DNA of 64,000 nucleotides from Octopus bimaculoides (lineage: Eukaryota): positions 31,828,968-31,892,967 of the forward strand of contig NC_069003.1 in NCBI RefSeq assembly GCF_001194135.2. Reading direction: 5' to 3'. This document shows, one piece after another, positions 38,765 to 53,530 of the stretch. Position 1 is the stretch's first letter; each line of letters starts with the position of its first letter. Made by a program: the position numbers and the translations under genes. The notes under the pieces are model-generated. The model saw only the letters and a program-made list of their open reading frames with translations, made no database searches and had not been told where the DNA came from.

Positions 38765-41700
38765 TATATGGTAAATGAAATATATATACATACATACACA
38801 TATACACATATGTATATATACATATATCTCTCTATTTAATAATCTATCTCTGACGTTGAATTGAATTGGCTTTGTGACAACGATTCTAAAGAAGCAAGTC
38901 AATAGGAATGAAAATCCATGCAGTTAGGGTTGGGTTCTCTTATTGTCCCCTTTAACTGTTCTCTTGTTATATGGAAATATGATTGCATTCCACCATGCAT
39001 ATTGGGTGTCTCTGCTGCCTTACCACATCTTTCTCTCTCTCTTTTTCTCCCCTCTCTCTTTTTCTCTCTCTCTCTCTCTCTCTCCTGCTCTCTCTCTTGC
39101 TTGCTTGCTCTCTTTCTCTTTTGTACTCATAGCTATAGCTAATATGCAATAGATGTAATGTAGAAGTAGTCGTATAATTTTTTATACACCAAGTGATGGT
39201 GGTGGTGCTACTGATCACGAACGCAAAAGCAATATGAAGATGATGATGATGATTAGGTGATGATGATGATGTGATGATGACAATGATGATGATATGATGA
39301 TAATGATGCTGCTGCTGCTGATGATGATGATGATGCGATGATGATGATGCGATGATGATGATGATGATGATGATGCGATGATGAAAATGACAATGATGAC
39401 AATGAAGACTATGATGATGGTGATGTTGATGATGATGATGATGATGATGATGAAGAGGATGCTGCTGATGATGAATGACATTGTAGGATTGGTGTGAGAA
39501 GCCAGATTTGGCTGCTTTGAACATAAAACAGGCAGAATATATTGGCTGGATATGACCAGTTTAAATGCTAGAGGGTTAAATATGACATGACTTAGATCTG
39601 AACTCTGGAGTACATGTGATTGTTATGGTTTTTATCTCATATTCTTCATTCTCTGCCATCAAATCAATGACCAATCCTTGATGACTTTCTTGACAAGCAC
39701 TTTGTGCATGTCAATGAACTTTTAGAAGAAAGAAAAATTTTTTTTTTTCTTATTGCTTTCCTTCAGGTATTCTTTGCAAGACATCCTGTCAGCTAGGCAC
39801 AGACAACTTTACTTTGTCACACCTGTCTGATACAGTCATAAAGTAAAGGACCAGAACAGCTTCTCTATATCAAGTTACTCAATGCTCCAACAATTCTCCC
39901 ACCCCACTAAAATGAACTCATACTTTATCTTACTGACCTTGCTCTCATCTTCTTTCATTTACTAAAGCCATTTTCTCATATAGTATTTTAGATATGAAAT
40001 GAAGCAACTGTCTGTGATAGCATCACTTAATATGCCATTTAAAATACTGCTCTGATCCACTGAGTGTTTCATCAAACACAGAAGACAGGCCCAGCGGTAT
40101 TGATGTCCCATAGACTCCCCAATGGCGTTATTATTCACTAGAGTATTCAATAATTAAAATAAAAGATAACATTGCAAATAGATAGAAAAGAATTGGAAAG
40201 TTGTGTCTCTAACTGGTTTCAGATTTGACATTTGTTTAGACTTGACATTTGTTAAGATCAAAGTATATAAAGATTTTATATTGTATCCTGTGGAGTTTGG
40301 GTATTTTTTCTTTTGGTTTCGCTTTATAGCTTAGTCAGAGGAAGAAAGCCAGTGCCCATGACCTTTATACAGGGTCTCTGAGAATGGTAAGTGGGGGGGG
40401 GGGACAACGGAATAAGATATTAATGACCTCCACTAGAGACTGGCTTTGAATACTTGCAATAAAGCAAACACCACCGACAGTAGTCAGGGGTCAGTTGGTG
40501 ATGTCAAACTGGACGATGGATTAAGTCTAAAGAACTTACAACTCGATAAAGTTGAAGAAATTAAATAAAAAATTAATATCTATATTTTTTACTCTTGTCA
40601 ATAAAACAAATAATTCTGTTAGTAAATTTTAATAGATTTTTTTTTTTTTTTTTTATATAAATGTTCCGAGTACTTTCTTCAGAAAGTATTAGGAACAAAC
40701 AGGTTGTTAAGAAGCTTACTTCACAATCAGATAATTCTAAGCTTAACTCTTTAACATTCGGATTATTCTGTCAAATGTAATGCTTGTTTATTCACATCGG
40801 TTTTAAACTCATCTTGCACTATCTCGTAGCTTCAAGATTTTGATGAAGCGATTGTGTATTCTTAGAGAGTAGGTGTGAGAGGCCAAATCTAGCCTGTTTG
40901 AACATAAGATAGGTAAAACATTTGGGCCAGATATGCTGGCTTAAATGCTAATGTGAGCTGTATGGCAACTTCAATAACACTAGAATCTTAGCCAATCAGC
41001 CCCAGTTCTTGTTCTTTTTAAGCCTAGTACTTATTTTATTGGTCTCTTTTGCCAAGCTACTAACTTGCAGGGACACACCAACACCAGTTGTCAAGTGGAA
41101 GTGGGAGACAAACACATACACAAACACACACTTAACTACAAGAGATGAGATAGTACTACTGATGAGCTTTAATTTCAAGCAAAATTGACATGCCAATTTG
41201 ATACTTTTGCTTGCTATGGGTAGTTAACTCCCCTATTAGTCATAGACTTGTGCTGTTTGTGGCTATAAGGGTCTCTGACTCTTATTTCTAGCAATGTAGG
41301 TGATACAATGAACCCTCGTTCTCTATTAATGACAACTGAAGTCTTCCTTTTTAGTTTTATATTGCATCTAAGCCACCTTTATTAATTTATATATATANNN
41401 NNNNNNNNNNNNNNNNNNNNNNNNNNNNNNNNNNNNNNNNNNNNNNNNNNNNNNNNNNNNNNNNNNNNNNNNNNNNNNNNNNNNNNNNNNNNNNNNNNNN
41501 NNNNNNNNNNNNNNNNNNNNNNNNNNNNNNNNNNNNNNNNNNNNNNNNNNNNNNNNNNNNNNNNNNNNNNNNNNNNNNNNNNNNNNNNNNNNNNNNNNNN
41601 NNNNNNNNNNNNNNNNNNNNNNNNNNNNNNNNNNNNNNNNNNNNNNNNNNNNNNNNNNNNNNNNNNNNNNNNNNNNNNNNNNNNNNNNNNNNNNNNNNNN

Positions 41701-43989
41701 NNNNNNNNNNNNNNNNNNNNNNNNNNNNNNNNNNNNNNNNNNNNNNNNNNNNNNNNNNNNNNNNNNNNNNNNNNNNNNNNNNNNNNNNNNNNNNNNNNNN
41801 NNNNNNNNAAAAGTGAGGGTTAATAACTAGATTCACCATTTTGAAGCACTGACAAAGTTGATAAGCATTTTGGCTTCTTAAAAGTGTGTGAAAAAGCTTT
41901 CCTTAAAAGTGCAGCAAATTCTTTTCCAATGGTCTTTTATTTTGTAAATCATGAATGATTGATCAGTTTATCAATGCTATGTTGGTTAAAGGTTGTGTAT
42001 GTATATTGAATACAACACCAAGACTTCTGGCCTCGTGGGAAATAGAAAAATTGATACCATCAAAGTAAATACATACTATAATAAATTCATCATCTTTTCT
42101 TTTTTACTTTAACAAGGATTGATGTTGTCACAACTACCAGCACGAAACACTACCACTGCTGCTGCAGCCAACATCACCAGCACCAACACTACAACTAAAA
42201 CCATCACCACCACCACCACACCACCACTGTTATCATCATCATCATTATTATATTAGATATTTTGGCATTGGTTTTGAGAAACTTAGTCATCCATTTTTTA
42301 TTAGACAAGAGCTAGACAATCTATTTTGTTGTTGCAGTTAAATCTCAGGTCAGACCTGATCAAGTTAACCTATGATAAAAGTCATTCCTATCTTTTATTC
42401 TTATTTTTTGTAAAGTATTATTTATCCAGATTACATTATCACCCAAATGTATCCTTTTTAAGATAGCACACTGCAATTTCAGTGAGAGATGGCCACTAAT
42501 TCTAACAAAGGATTTTTTTGTTGTTAATCTCCTGATTAGTTCCATGATCAAAGTTATTCCATAATAATCCTGTCTTTTCTTGTATATCAGTGACTATGTA
42601 GGCCAATGTATTCTTCTGTCTTTAATCCTTTAGCATTTAAACTAGCCATATTTTCTATATTAGAATTTAATTTCAGAGTTAAGAGTTAAAGATGAAATGC
42701 TTATAGAGGTTTTATTCATTACATTGGATGCTTAACTTGAAGGTTAGATGTATTCAAATGTAAACACTTATTTATTAAATATGATACAAGTAAACTGAAA
42801 AGACAAAACAAACTAAAAGAGAAAAATATAGTTCCAAAGCTCCAAGTCAACACATTTCCAGTTAGTAGCAAATTGTATTTTTACAACTAAAAAAAAAGAC
42901 AAAGTAACTTAGTTACTGAAAGGTTAGAGTAGGGGTTATTTTAAGGAAAAAACAGGCAGGAAAGATAGGCAGATTTACAAACAAAATGGGATTTAAAAAC
43001 AACAAGACTTGAAAGTAAAGATAGTGGGATGCAAAAACAAGGACAGGAGATTTTAAAAGTAAAAATGGAAGAAATTTAAAAGCAAAGACCCTTTAGCACT
43101 CATATCATTTCAAATGTAATGCTTACTTTTCATATTGTTTTAAACTAATCTTGCATTAGCTTATAGCTTAAAGATTTCAATGATGTGATTGTTTATTTTT
43201 ATAATGACATTGTATGTTAGGTGTAAGAGGCCAGATTTGGTCAGGGAAAACTGTTTGAACATAAAATAGGTAGAACATTTGGGGTAGATATGACTGGTTT
43301 AAATGCTTTAGGTTAAAACAAACACAAGGAATTTAACATGATGACAGGGCAAAATTTAAAGGCAAAGACAGGGGAATCTAAAGACAAAGACATTTAAAGG
43401 AAAATACATGGAAATTTAAAGGTACATACAAGGGTAATTTAAGGGCAGAAACAGAAAATTTAAAAGCAAAGTCAGGAAAACTTAGAATCAAAAACAGAAG
43501 AATTTAAAGACAAAGAACAAAGGATTTTGAGGCAAAGTCATAGAAGATTTAATGGAAAATACTAAGAAAAGTGAAGGAGATTGAAAGTTAAAGTTCACTC
43601 CAACAGGATTTGAACCCGGAACATAGAGACTCAAAATCAAATTGTGTAAAGCATATAACAATAACCATCAACACTCTACACCATCTGCCGACACATTACA
43701 ATTGTGTTGCAATTGTTTTATGATAAAGAAGTAACAATGAAACTCGCTAAATGCTTGCATCAAGAGGTGATCTGTTCAAATATACAAAGAGATTAGGATT
43801 TACAATAATATCTGCTATTTCACACACACACACACACAAAGGATTCTTATACTCCTTTCAGAATAAATATATCTGGTCAACAGAAAGAAATACTTAAGGA
43901 ATGAAACAAAGAGTGTACAAACAAATATGTCCATTAGAGAAAAAAAATAAGGAGAAGTAGAGTGAGATGTGAGAGAACAATGATGATGA

Positions 43990-44720
43990 GTTAGGTGGTT
44001 GATGGTAGAGAGAGAGGGAGGGAGAGAGTGATTGAGAGAAAGAGGGTAAGTGAATGAGAGAGAGAGGGAGGATGAGTGAATGAGAGAGAGAGAGTAGATG
44101 AGAGAAAAAGGGTAAGTGAATGAGAGAGAGAGAGAGAGGATGAGTGAATGAGAGGATGAGTGAATGAGAGAGAGAGAGAGAGAGTAGATGAGAGAAAAAG
44201 GGTAAGTGAATGAGAGAGGGGGTGATTGAATGAGAGAGGGGGTGAGTGAATGAGAGAGAGAGGGAGGATGAGTGAATGAGAGAGAGTAGATGAGAGAAAA
44301 AGGGTAAGTGAATGAGAGAGAGAGAGAGAGAGAGAGANNNNNNNNNNNNNNNNNNNNNNNNNNNNNNNNNNNNNNNNNNNNNNNNNNNNNNNNNNNNNNN
44401 NNNNNNNNNNNNNNNNNNNNNNNNNNNNNNNNNNNNNNNNNNNNNNNNNNNNNNNNNNNNNNNNNNNNNNNNNNNNNNNNNNNNNNNNNNNNNNNNNNNN
44501 NNNNNNNNNNNNNNNNNNNNNNNNNNNNNNNNNNNNNNNNNNNNNNNNNNNNNNNNNNNNNNNNNNNNNNNNNNNNNNNNNNNNNNNNNNNNNNNNNNNN
44601 NNAGAGGATGAGTGAATGAGAGAGAGAGAGAGAGAGTAGATGAGAGAAAAAGGGTAAGTGAATGAGAGAGGGGGTGATTGAATGAGAGAGAGGGGGTGAG
44701 TGAATGAGAGAGAGAGAGAG
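43990..44720. repeat. Purine-rich (GA)n compound minisatellite with the unit gagtagatgagagaaaaagggtaagtgaat, interrupted by an N gap
   Basis: Read directly. Confidence 0.85.
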
Positions 44721-45710
44721 AAGGCGAGTGAATGAGCTGTTTGTTGATGGAGAAGAATGGAATCAGAGGAATGGTGACCATAGAGGTGGGTGAGAAGGGG
44801 AGAAGGTTGTAAGGGATGTGGAAATTGACCACTCCAGTCAGAACTTAGAAGGATAATTAATAGATTAGAAATACTGGAATGGCCAACACTGCCACCGCTA
44901 CCACCACAACATTGACCACCACTACTATCATCGTCGTCGTCATCATCATCATCATCATCATCTTCACCACCACCATCATCATCATCACTATCATCATCAT
45001 CATTACCTACCACCACAACATTTACCACCACCACTATCATCACGGCCACCACCACCAGATCCACCAACGACAACAACAACAACAATACCGCCGCCACAGA
45101 TGACGCCACCACCATCATCATCATCAACAACATCATCATTGTTTAATGTCCAGTTTCTATGTTGACATGAGTTGGATGGTTTCACAGGAGCCGACAAGCC
45201 AGTGAACTGCAAACAAGCTCCAATGACCACTCTGGTATGGTCCCTATAGCTGGACACCCTTTCCTAATGCCAACCACTGGATGCTTTTTCTGCGGCACCA
45301 ACACTAGTGTGGTCACCAAGTAACTCACAGGATCATAGCCATAGCACCCATGATTTGTAACCTGTTATGGCCATTTTCAAAAAGATTTTGTTCTTCCTCA
45401 ATACAATCAAGGAGATCCTGTACAGCTGAGACTCGATCTCCTTTTTGAGATGACTACACTCTACACACTTCCCTTCCAAGCATTGCTATAAACAACAGAA
45501 GCGAACAAAGGCATTGTAACTTAGTGTGCATGCATGACAGAGTTGCCAGTCTACACCAAGTGGCTTCACTCTGTGTACTTTAGCTCTCTTACAATAACAA
45601 TAGTCCTGATAATTTTTGATCAAATCATGTATATATCATCATCATCATCATCATCATCGTTTAACGTCCGCTTTCCATGCTAGCATGGGTTGGACGAGCA
45701 TGGGTTGGAC

Positions 45711-45747
<37 letters not shown>

Positions 45748-46737
45748 GCATACACATACATATGTAGACCCATACATATATATATATATACACACAGACA
45801 CACATACACATCTACACATACNNNNNNNNNNNNNNNNNNNNNNNNNNNNNNNNNNNNNNNNNNNNNNNNNNNNNNNNNNNNNNNNNNNNNNNNNNNNNNN
45901 NNNNNNNNNNNNNNNNNNNNNNNNNNNNNNNNNNNNNNNNNNNNNNNNNNNNNNNNNNNNNNNNNNNNNNNNNNNNNNNNNNNNNNNNNNNNNNNNNNNN
46001 NNNNNNNNNNNNNNNNNNNNNNNNNNNNNNNNNNNNNNNNNNNNNNNNNNNNNNNNNNNNNNNNNNNNNNNNNNNNNNNNNNNNNNNNNNNNNNNNNNNN
46101 NNNNNNNNNNNNNNNNNNNNNNNNNNNNNNNNNNNNNNNNNNNNNNNNNNNNNNNNNNNNNNNNNNNNNNNNNNNNNNNNNNNNNNNNNNNNNNNNNNNN
46201 NNNNNNNNNNNNNNNNNNNNNNNNNNNNNNNNNNNNNNNNNNNNNNNNNNNNNNNNNNNNNNNNNNNNNNNNNNNNNNNNNNNNNNNNNNNNNNNNNNNN
46301 NNNNNNNNNNNNNNNNNNNNNNNNNNNNNNNNNNNNNNNNNNNNNNNNNNNNNNNNNNNNNNNNNNNNNNNNNNNNNNNNNNNNNNNNNNNNNNNNNNNN
46401 NNNNNNNNNNNNNNNNNNNNNNNNNNNNNNNNNNNNNNNNNNNNNNNNNNNNNNNNNNNNNNNNNNNNNNNNNNNNNNNNNNNNNNNNNNNNNNNNNNNN
46501 NNNNNNNNNNNNNNNNNNNNNNNNNNNNNNNNNNNNNNNNNNNNNNNNNNNNNNNNNNNNNNNNNNNNNNNNNNNNNNNNNNNNNNNNNNNNNNNNNNNN
46601 NNNNNNNNNNNNNNNNNNNNNNNNNNNNNNNNNNNNNNNNNNNNNNNNNNNNNNNNNNNNNNNNNNNNNNNNNNNNNNNNNNNNNNNNNNNNNNNNNNNN
46701 NNNNNNNNNNNNNNNNNNNNNNNNNNNNNNNNNNNNN

Positions 46738-46772
<35 letters not shown>

Positions 46773-46899
46773 TTAAAAAAAAAAAAATTTTAAAAAAATA
46801 ATAATAATAATGGCAAATGTCTGGTTGTGTGGGTCTGGATGCTGTGCAACTTTGCACCAGGAGATTTACAGAGCATCCATCTTTAAGAGATTTACATAG

Positions 46900-47180
46900 C
46901 ACTTGCATGTCTTAATGTTTTGACATTAGACTGCCACAGGAATGATTTACAAGACAGATTCTGCAAGCCAAGCCAACTAGCTGGAGACAGCTAGTGGGTA
47001 GACCAAGAATGAGATGGTTGGATGATGTCTATAATCTTAGTTGGTAACGCTTGGGAATTTGGCTGGAAAGTTTAATAACGGTCGCTTCTGATGGTACCCT
47101 ATGGAGGAGATGCCTGAGGACTCTACTCCCATGATCCTACCAGGAATAGTGGGCAGAGAAGATGGATGGATGGAGTGGGT
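46900..47180 (+). mobile_element. RTE-clade LINE 3' fragment
   Basis: RQILQAKPTSWRQLVGRPRMRWLDDV...RLGI...VASDGTLWRRCLRTLLP. The GRPxxRWxD motif is typical of RTE ORF C-termini. Confidence 0.75.
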
Positions 47181-47872
47181 GGGAGTAACAAGAAATAAAG
47201 TGCCGTGCCCAAGAACACAATACACTCCAGAAGAGAAATTGAACCCAGGACTTTATCATGGAGAGCTCAGTTACCTAACTACCATGTCATACCAGTGAAG
47301 GTTTATGACTTAATGATTAGTGTATTCAACTCATAATTGTAAGGTACTGAGTTCGATTCCTGGTGGTTGTGTCTTTGAGCAAGATGCTTTATTTCACACT
47401 GACCCAGTCCACTTAGCTGGCAAATAGGAGTTGTACCTGTATTTTGCAAGACCAGCATTGTCACATTCTTTGTCACGCTGAATCTTTCTGAGAACTACAT
47501 TAAGGGTATTCATGTTTAAGGAATACTCAGCCACTTGCACATTAATTTCATGTGCAAGCTGTTCTGTTGATCAGATCAACTGGAACACTTGTCGTCATGA
47601 CTGACAGAGTGACAGTCAATTGTGTCATGCCGTCAAGTCATCAATGCCACTAGTCAGAGATGTTTAAACTGATTGTTAACCATGCTGATATCACCAATGG
47701 GCTGACATACTATTATGAGCACTGTCCCTTCTTCTTTCATTATCTTATAAGGCAAAACAACCACAAAAACAATACTTTATCTAACTAATTCTGCTTAATA
47801 TGCTGCAACAGCTCTGTGACTATGAAGAAACAGAACAAAAAATTAAATTATGAAGTAATTCTATAAATTTAA

Positions 47873-47903
<31 letters not shown>

Positions 47904-48054
47904 ATTTAAACATCAGCAACAAAAATTAAAATTGTGCATAAACAGAATCCAATATTTTCTCAATGCATAATTATTATTTTGCAATGAAGAAGTTATCTCA
48001 CTTGGTGGCAGCAATTGTTCGAGAAGAAAATGGATGGCACAGAGATACAGAGAG

Positions 48055-48107
<53 letters not shown>

Positions 48108-48433
48108 AACAGAGACTGATAGACAGGGAGACAGGGAGACACACAGACAGACAGACAAAGATGGAGAAGGAGAAAGAGAGAGTTCAACCAACAGTAAGCA
48201 CACCGGCACCATAATGCTTCTTTCTAAAAATACTGTTTACAAGATAAATGGAAGCTGCCAGTCATTGTAATCAGATGAAATTTAATCGAAGCAATTGAAA
48301 TTATTAGGCTTGACTCAATTAAGTTTTCAACACATGTATTTATATACGTTTTGTTTTCTAAATTGTAAGGCGGAGGGGGAGGTGGTGGATTGATTAATTT
48401 GTGTTCTACTTCATTCAAAGAGTTTTTGATCAG

Positions 48434-48465
<32 letters not shown>

Positions 48466-48578
48466 CATTATTATTATTTTTATCATCATCATTATTATTT
48501 TTATTATTATCATCATCATTATTATTTTTATTATTATCATCATTATTATTATTTTTATTATTATCATCATTATTATTA

Positions 48579-48636
<58 letters not shown>

Positions 48637-49463
48637 CAGTAGACTTATTATCGAGTGTTTTCATTGCACAACTGAGTGCAGCATCATGTATTATGTGNNN
48701 NNNNNNNNNNNNNNNNNNNNNNNNNNNNNNNNNNNNNNNNNNNNNNNNNNNNNNNNNNNNNNNNNNNNNNNNNNNNNNNNNNNNNNNNNNNNNNNNNNNN
48801 NNNNNNNNNNNNNNNNNNNNNNNNNNNNNNNNNNNNNNNNNNNNNNNNNNNNNNNNNNNNNNNNNNNNNNNNNNNNNNNNNNNNNNNNNNNNNNNNNNNN
48901 NNNNNNNNNNNNNNNNNNNNNNNNNNNNNNNNNNNNNNNNNNNNNNNNNNNNNNNNNNNNNNNNNNNNNNNNNNNNNNNNNNNNNNNNNNNNNNNNNNNN
49001 NNNNNNNNNNNNNNNNNNNNNNNNNNNNNNNNNNNNNNNNNNNNNNNNNNNNNNNNNNNNNNNNNNNNNNNNNNNNNNNNNNNNNNNNNNNNNNNNNNNN
49101 NNNNNNNNNNNNNNNNNNNNNNNNNNNNNNNNNNNNNNNNNNNNNNNNNNNNNNNNNNNNNNNNNNNNNNNNNNNNNNNNNNNNNNNNNNNNNNNNNNNN
49201 NNNNNNNNNNNNNNNNNNNNNNNNNNNNNNNNNNNNNNNNNNNNNNNNNNNNNNNNNNNNNNNNNNNNNNNNNNNNNNNNNNNNNNNNNNNNNNNNNNNN
49301 NNNNNNNNNNNNNNNNNNNNNNNNNNNNNNNNNNNNNNNNNNNNNNNNNNNNNNNNNNNNNNNNNNNNNATGTATGTATGTATGTATGTATGTATATATC
49401 TTAAGTCTTGCAGTTTTGGTTATGCATTTGTCTCTATTGTCTTTAATCATGCTCAAGGCAGCA

Positions 49464-49498
<35 letters not shown>

Positions 49499-49584
49499 GG
49501 AAGCAAGACGAGGTTTGGGGTGGGGGGGTTCTGCAGCAGCTGCTGCAGCGAAAAGAGCAACAACAAAATCCGTGAACAGGATCT

Positions 49585-49615
<31 letters not shown>

Positions 49616-50163
49616 AAAAAACATTAACAATAACATAAAGCAACAACTGCAACAACTAACACAGCAACATACAGACATACAAAAAAAATAAAGTAACAAC
49701 AACAGCAACAACATCATCATCATCGTCATCAACAACAATGATCTGGAGTGTCTCTTGAATCAGAGAAAGATGACTTTGCAATTTTTTGCTGAACAACCTG
49801 CACACATGATTTGTTTATGGTGATCAAATGTATGTGCTGCACATTAGCCCACTCCTATTACCAAATCGACATTGCCTATGTCAATATTACTCAGTGTGTC
49901 ACACGTCTGATGCTGAAGTGATTGCAGGCCAATGTGAAGTGAAGTGTTTTGCTCAAGAACATAATGCACCACCTGGTCCGAGAATTGAAACCACAACCTC
50001 CCACTCATGAAAGCAACACCCTAACCACTAGGTCACATACCTTCACCACAGCAATAGCCGACAGCTAACTCACAGGACAACAATGAGTTAATGGGGCTTA
50101 TCCAAAAAGACAAAAGCATAAGAACAAATGGGGCAGAAAAAAAAATTAATTTCTTCCTTAGAT

Positions 50164-50194
<31 letters not shown>

Positions 50195-50729
50195 GACCTC
50201 TGATGCAGATAAAACCAGCAGTCTATTGAGAATTTCTGAAAAGTTCCCATGTGAGATGGAAAGTTTTATAAAGAATCATTAAATAAATATGCTAAAAGAT
50301 GGACTTCTTGGGCAGTTTTGAGACATCCCCAAAGCTCTGAAATACCAAGTTAAAACAAGGCAGGTGCCTTTTCCTACATGTTCATAAACCAACATGTTTT
50401 GTTTAAAAGAGTGGGATGAATAAATGTATATAATTTAGGATTGGCATGGAAGCAGAAACACAAATTGAATGATCTCAGGTCACCAAATTTAGGTGCAGTT
50501 GTTATCAGTAAGAACAGAATGTCTGAGATTCACTCACTCACTCACTCACTCTCTGCAAGATGTATGTCTCTTCAGCCAACTACAAGAAATAAGTATGATC
50601 TTTCCTGACCAGGATGTTAAGATCAGTGGTCATAAATGTGAACAATTGTAGAGTTGTTAGTACTTAGTACTTTCAAACTGGTAGCTATTTATGCTCTGAC
50701 ATAGGTTAGTGAGTCACGTTTCTTCAGGA

Positions 50730-52780
50730 ACATTTTATCCTCTAATGCTAGTGGGTAACTGGAGTGTTAGAATACACAAGGACTGTGTGGGAATGAATTA
50801 CAGGAGAGAGTTGTGTAAAAAGTTTTGCAAACTTGCTCGGGCAGTTCTAAATGTCAAACAGGTATTGCTTAGATTTCAAGAATACACTAAATTGAATTTG
50901 GACAAAATACAGAATCATACAGGTCATGCTCAGAATTTTCATTCGGTTAACCAATAGAGATACTGTTGTTAACAGTTTCAAGTATTTGGTTATAGAGATG
51001 ACAAAATTTTATATATCAACTTATACAAGACAAATAAACAAGGTCTTAGATATTGGAAATTGTTTCTTGGCACTGAAATATTTCAAAGACTGGATTAGTG
51101 AATTAGTTAACAAGGATCAACAGGTGGTGTTAGCTAATTAAAAAGGAAAATTAGAGAAGAATCTGTTAGGTTTAGTAAAGATGTAGGTAGGATTTAGAGA
51201 ACAATAATAAATCAACAAAGGAGTTAGGCAACTGAACACAAGAACCAAACAGAAAAGGGATTGCTTACGACTTGCTTGCAGCAAGAATGATCCATACCTA
51301 CTTCTTCACAGTAAGATACAAAGGATGTATTTTTCATGCTAGGAAATGTAGTCTGAAAAACGAGGGAGCAAAAGTTATTTGATAGATGATAGACGTGCAG
51401 CATGTCAACAAAGTCACACTCTGATCTTTAAGCTGACTGCAGCAAGTACAAGCTATCTGATTCCAAGCAGATGCGTGCCATTTTTTTTTGTGACACTTTG
51501 CCAAACTGTTCATGAAGAGCAACAAAGTGGTGGTGGTGGCCTTCAATGCCAGCCTAGACAGTCTTCTAAGACTCTCAGTCAAAGATGCTAAAAATCAGGT
51601 TCAGCAAATAGAGGGTGTCTTAAACAGTTGTGCCATGGGCAAAATCCTAGGACTGGATGGTCATCTCAATGATTTTTATTGTTAGATGCCAGACTTGTTC
51701 ATTACTAGGTTGATAGCTGTCTATTGCAACAGGCAGCAGACTGAAAAAATTCTGTGAGCTGAAGGGTAATGATGTACTGGGAAGAAACCAAACAAGGAGC
51801 GATAAAATAGACAACTTCAGGCATATAACTCTGCTCGATACAGAGTTAAAAACTACTGCACATCAAGAGATTGGCACTCGTTATCAATAGTTTAATTGGA
51901 AATATGCAAACTTGAGTAAGCCTCAGCAGATTTATGCACAACTCACACTTATGTGATACATTGTAGAGTGGGTCAGCACAAGATTTGGTTTTGGCAGGGC
52001 TTTTATCAGTTTAGATAGTCTAATATGTGATGGCTCTCGGCTCAGTGGTTAGAGCGTCAAGCTCACAATCATGAGGTAGTGAGTTCAATTCCCAGACCAG
52101 GCTGTGTGTTGTGTTCTTGAGCAAGACGTTTTATTTCATGTTGCTCCTGTTCACTCAGCTGTAGAAATGAGTTGCGATGTTACTTGTGCCAAGCTGTATC
52201 GGCCTTTGCCTTTCCCTCAGATAACATCGGTGGTGTGGAGAGGAGAGGCTGGTATGCAAGGGCAACTGCTGGTCTTTCACAAACAACCATGCTCGGGCTT
52301 GCGCCTCAGAGGGAAACTTTCTAGATGCAATCCCATGGTCATTCATTACCAAAGGGTGTCTTTACCCTAGTCTGATGTGTACAACAGAAGATTGACTACT
52401 GCCACTTGGTGGCCAGTTTTGATCTCATCTTCAGAGACTGGATCACTACAATGCACAGTAACATCTATTCAATGGTCAAACACCTGTTGGAATCATTTAT
52501 CATTGTGCCCTTGATCCACTAAGAATACCCACCCTCTGACAGACAACTCAACAGCAAGTTGGACAATTTACTATGGGTGTTATTTATGATTAACAGTGAT
52601 ATACTGTAGAGAAAGGAGACCAAATCCTGAGAAATAAAATTCTATTATATTGGTAATATTTCAATTTTGACAACATTTTAAGAGAAACAGTTATTTTCAG
52701 GTTGACAGTATTTTCCTTAGGATGTGGGCAGAACCGATGAGGACAATTTTTTGTAGTTCTAATACTTTTGGGTCTTCTGG
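50730..52780 (+). pseudogene. Heavily decayed L1/Tx1-type LINE ORF2 (endonuclease and RT), interrupted by a SINE at about 52030-52368
   Basis: Remnant motifs in the expected order: LVGNWS (GDWN-like), GKILGLDG (KxPGxDG-like), DNFRHITLLDTELK (NYRPIxLL-like), AFISLD and DWITTMHSNI. Confidence 0.7.
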
Positions 52781-52980
52781 TACTTGAGCACAGTGCTTAA
52801 GAGTGTCATTTGGTATTATTCCTGAAACTCTGATGGCAACAAGTAGATGCTACATTTTTGAGATCTCATTTTATTTACTTAACTTTTCAAATGTTTTTTA
52901 CAGAAATGTTGCATCCGGCTGGGACTGACATTTTTATGAGGAAACATGTTTTGTCAATGTGATTTATTTACCACACCATT

Positions 52981-53048
<68 letters not shown>

Positions 53049-53285
53049 TCAGCATTTAGTAGTTTCAGGCAATTTCTACTGTGTTGCAGGGGTGTGTGAA
53101 GCACTGTATGTTCTTTTTCCTTGCTGGGTGTGTGCAAACTCTTCCCAGTATTGCATTGCATCAGCTTTTTTTCTTTTATGAGGTGTGGTGCAGTCTTTTG
53201 TTGTATTAGTGTCTGTATTGTGTGTTGTGTGTGTAATATACTGGGTATCTGGCTTGCTGCTGGAAGTAGTTTATTTCAATTATTA

Positions 53286-53343
<58 letters not shown>

Positions 53344-53481
53344 GGAGATGTACTTGCATAGCAAGTGACCTAATCTGAGATCATGCGCTGGAAAGAAAAC
53401 AATTGCAGCATGGAAGGTATTTATAAGCCATTTAAGAAACACACAAAAACTGTTAGATTCACTTCAACATGTAAATTTAAT

Positions 53482-53530
53482 TTGCCAAAATATTTTCGTT
53501 GCTTTGAAACCGCGACCTGTTCACTGACAA
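53482..53530 (-). ncRNA. Minimal type-I hammerhead-ribozyme-like motif with a G3:C8 core variant
   Basis: ttgtca GUGAACA g gtcgc-ggtttcaaa-gcaac GAA AAUAUU U tggcaa: stem I of 6 bp, stem II with 4 of 5 pairs, palindromic stem III. Confidence 0.6.
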
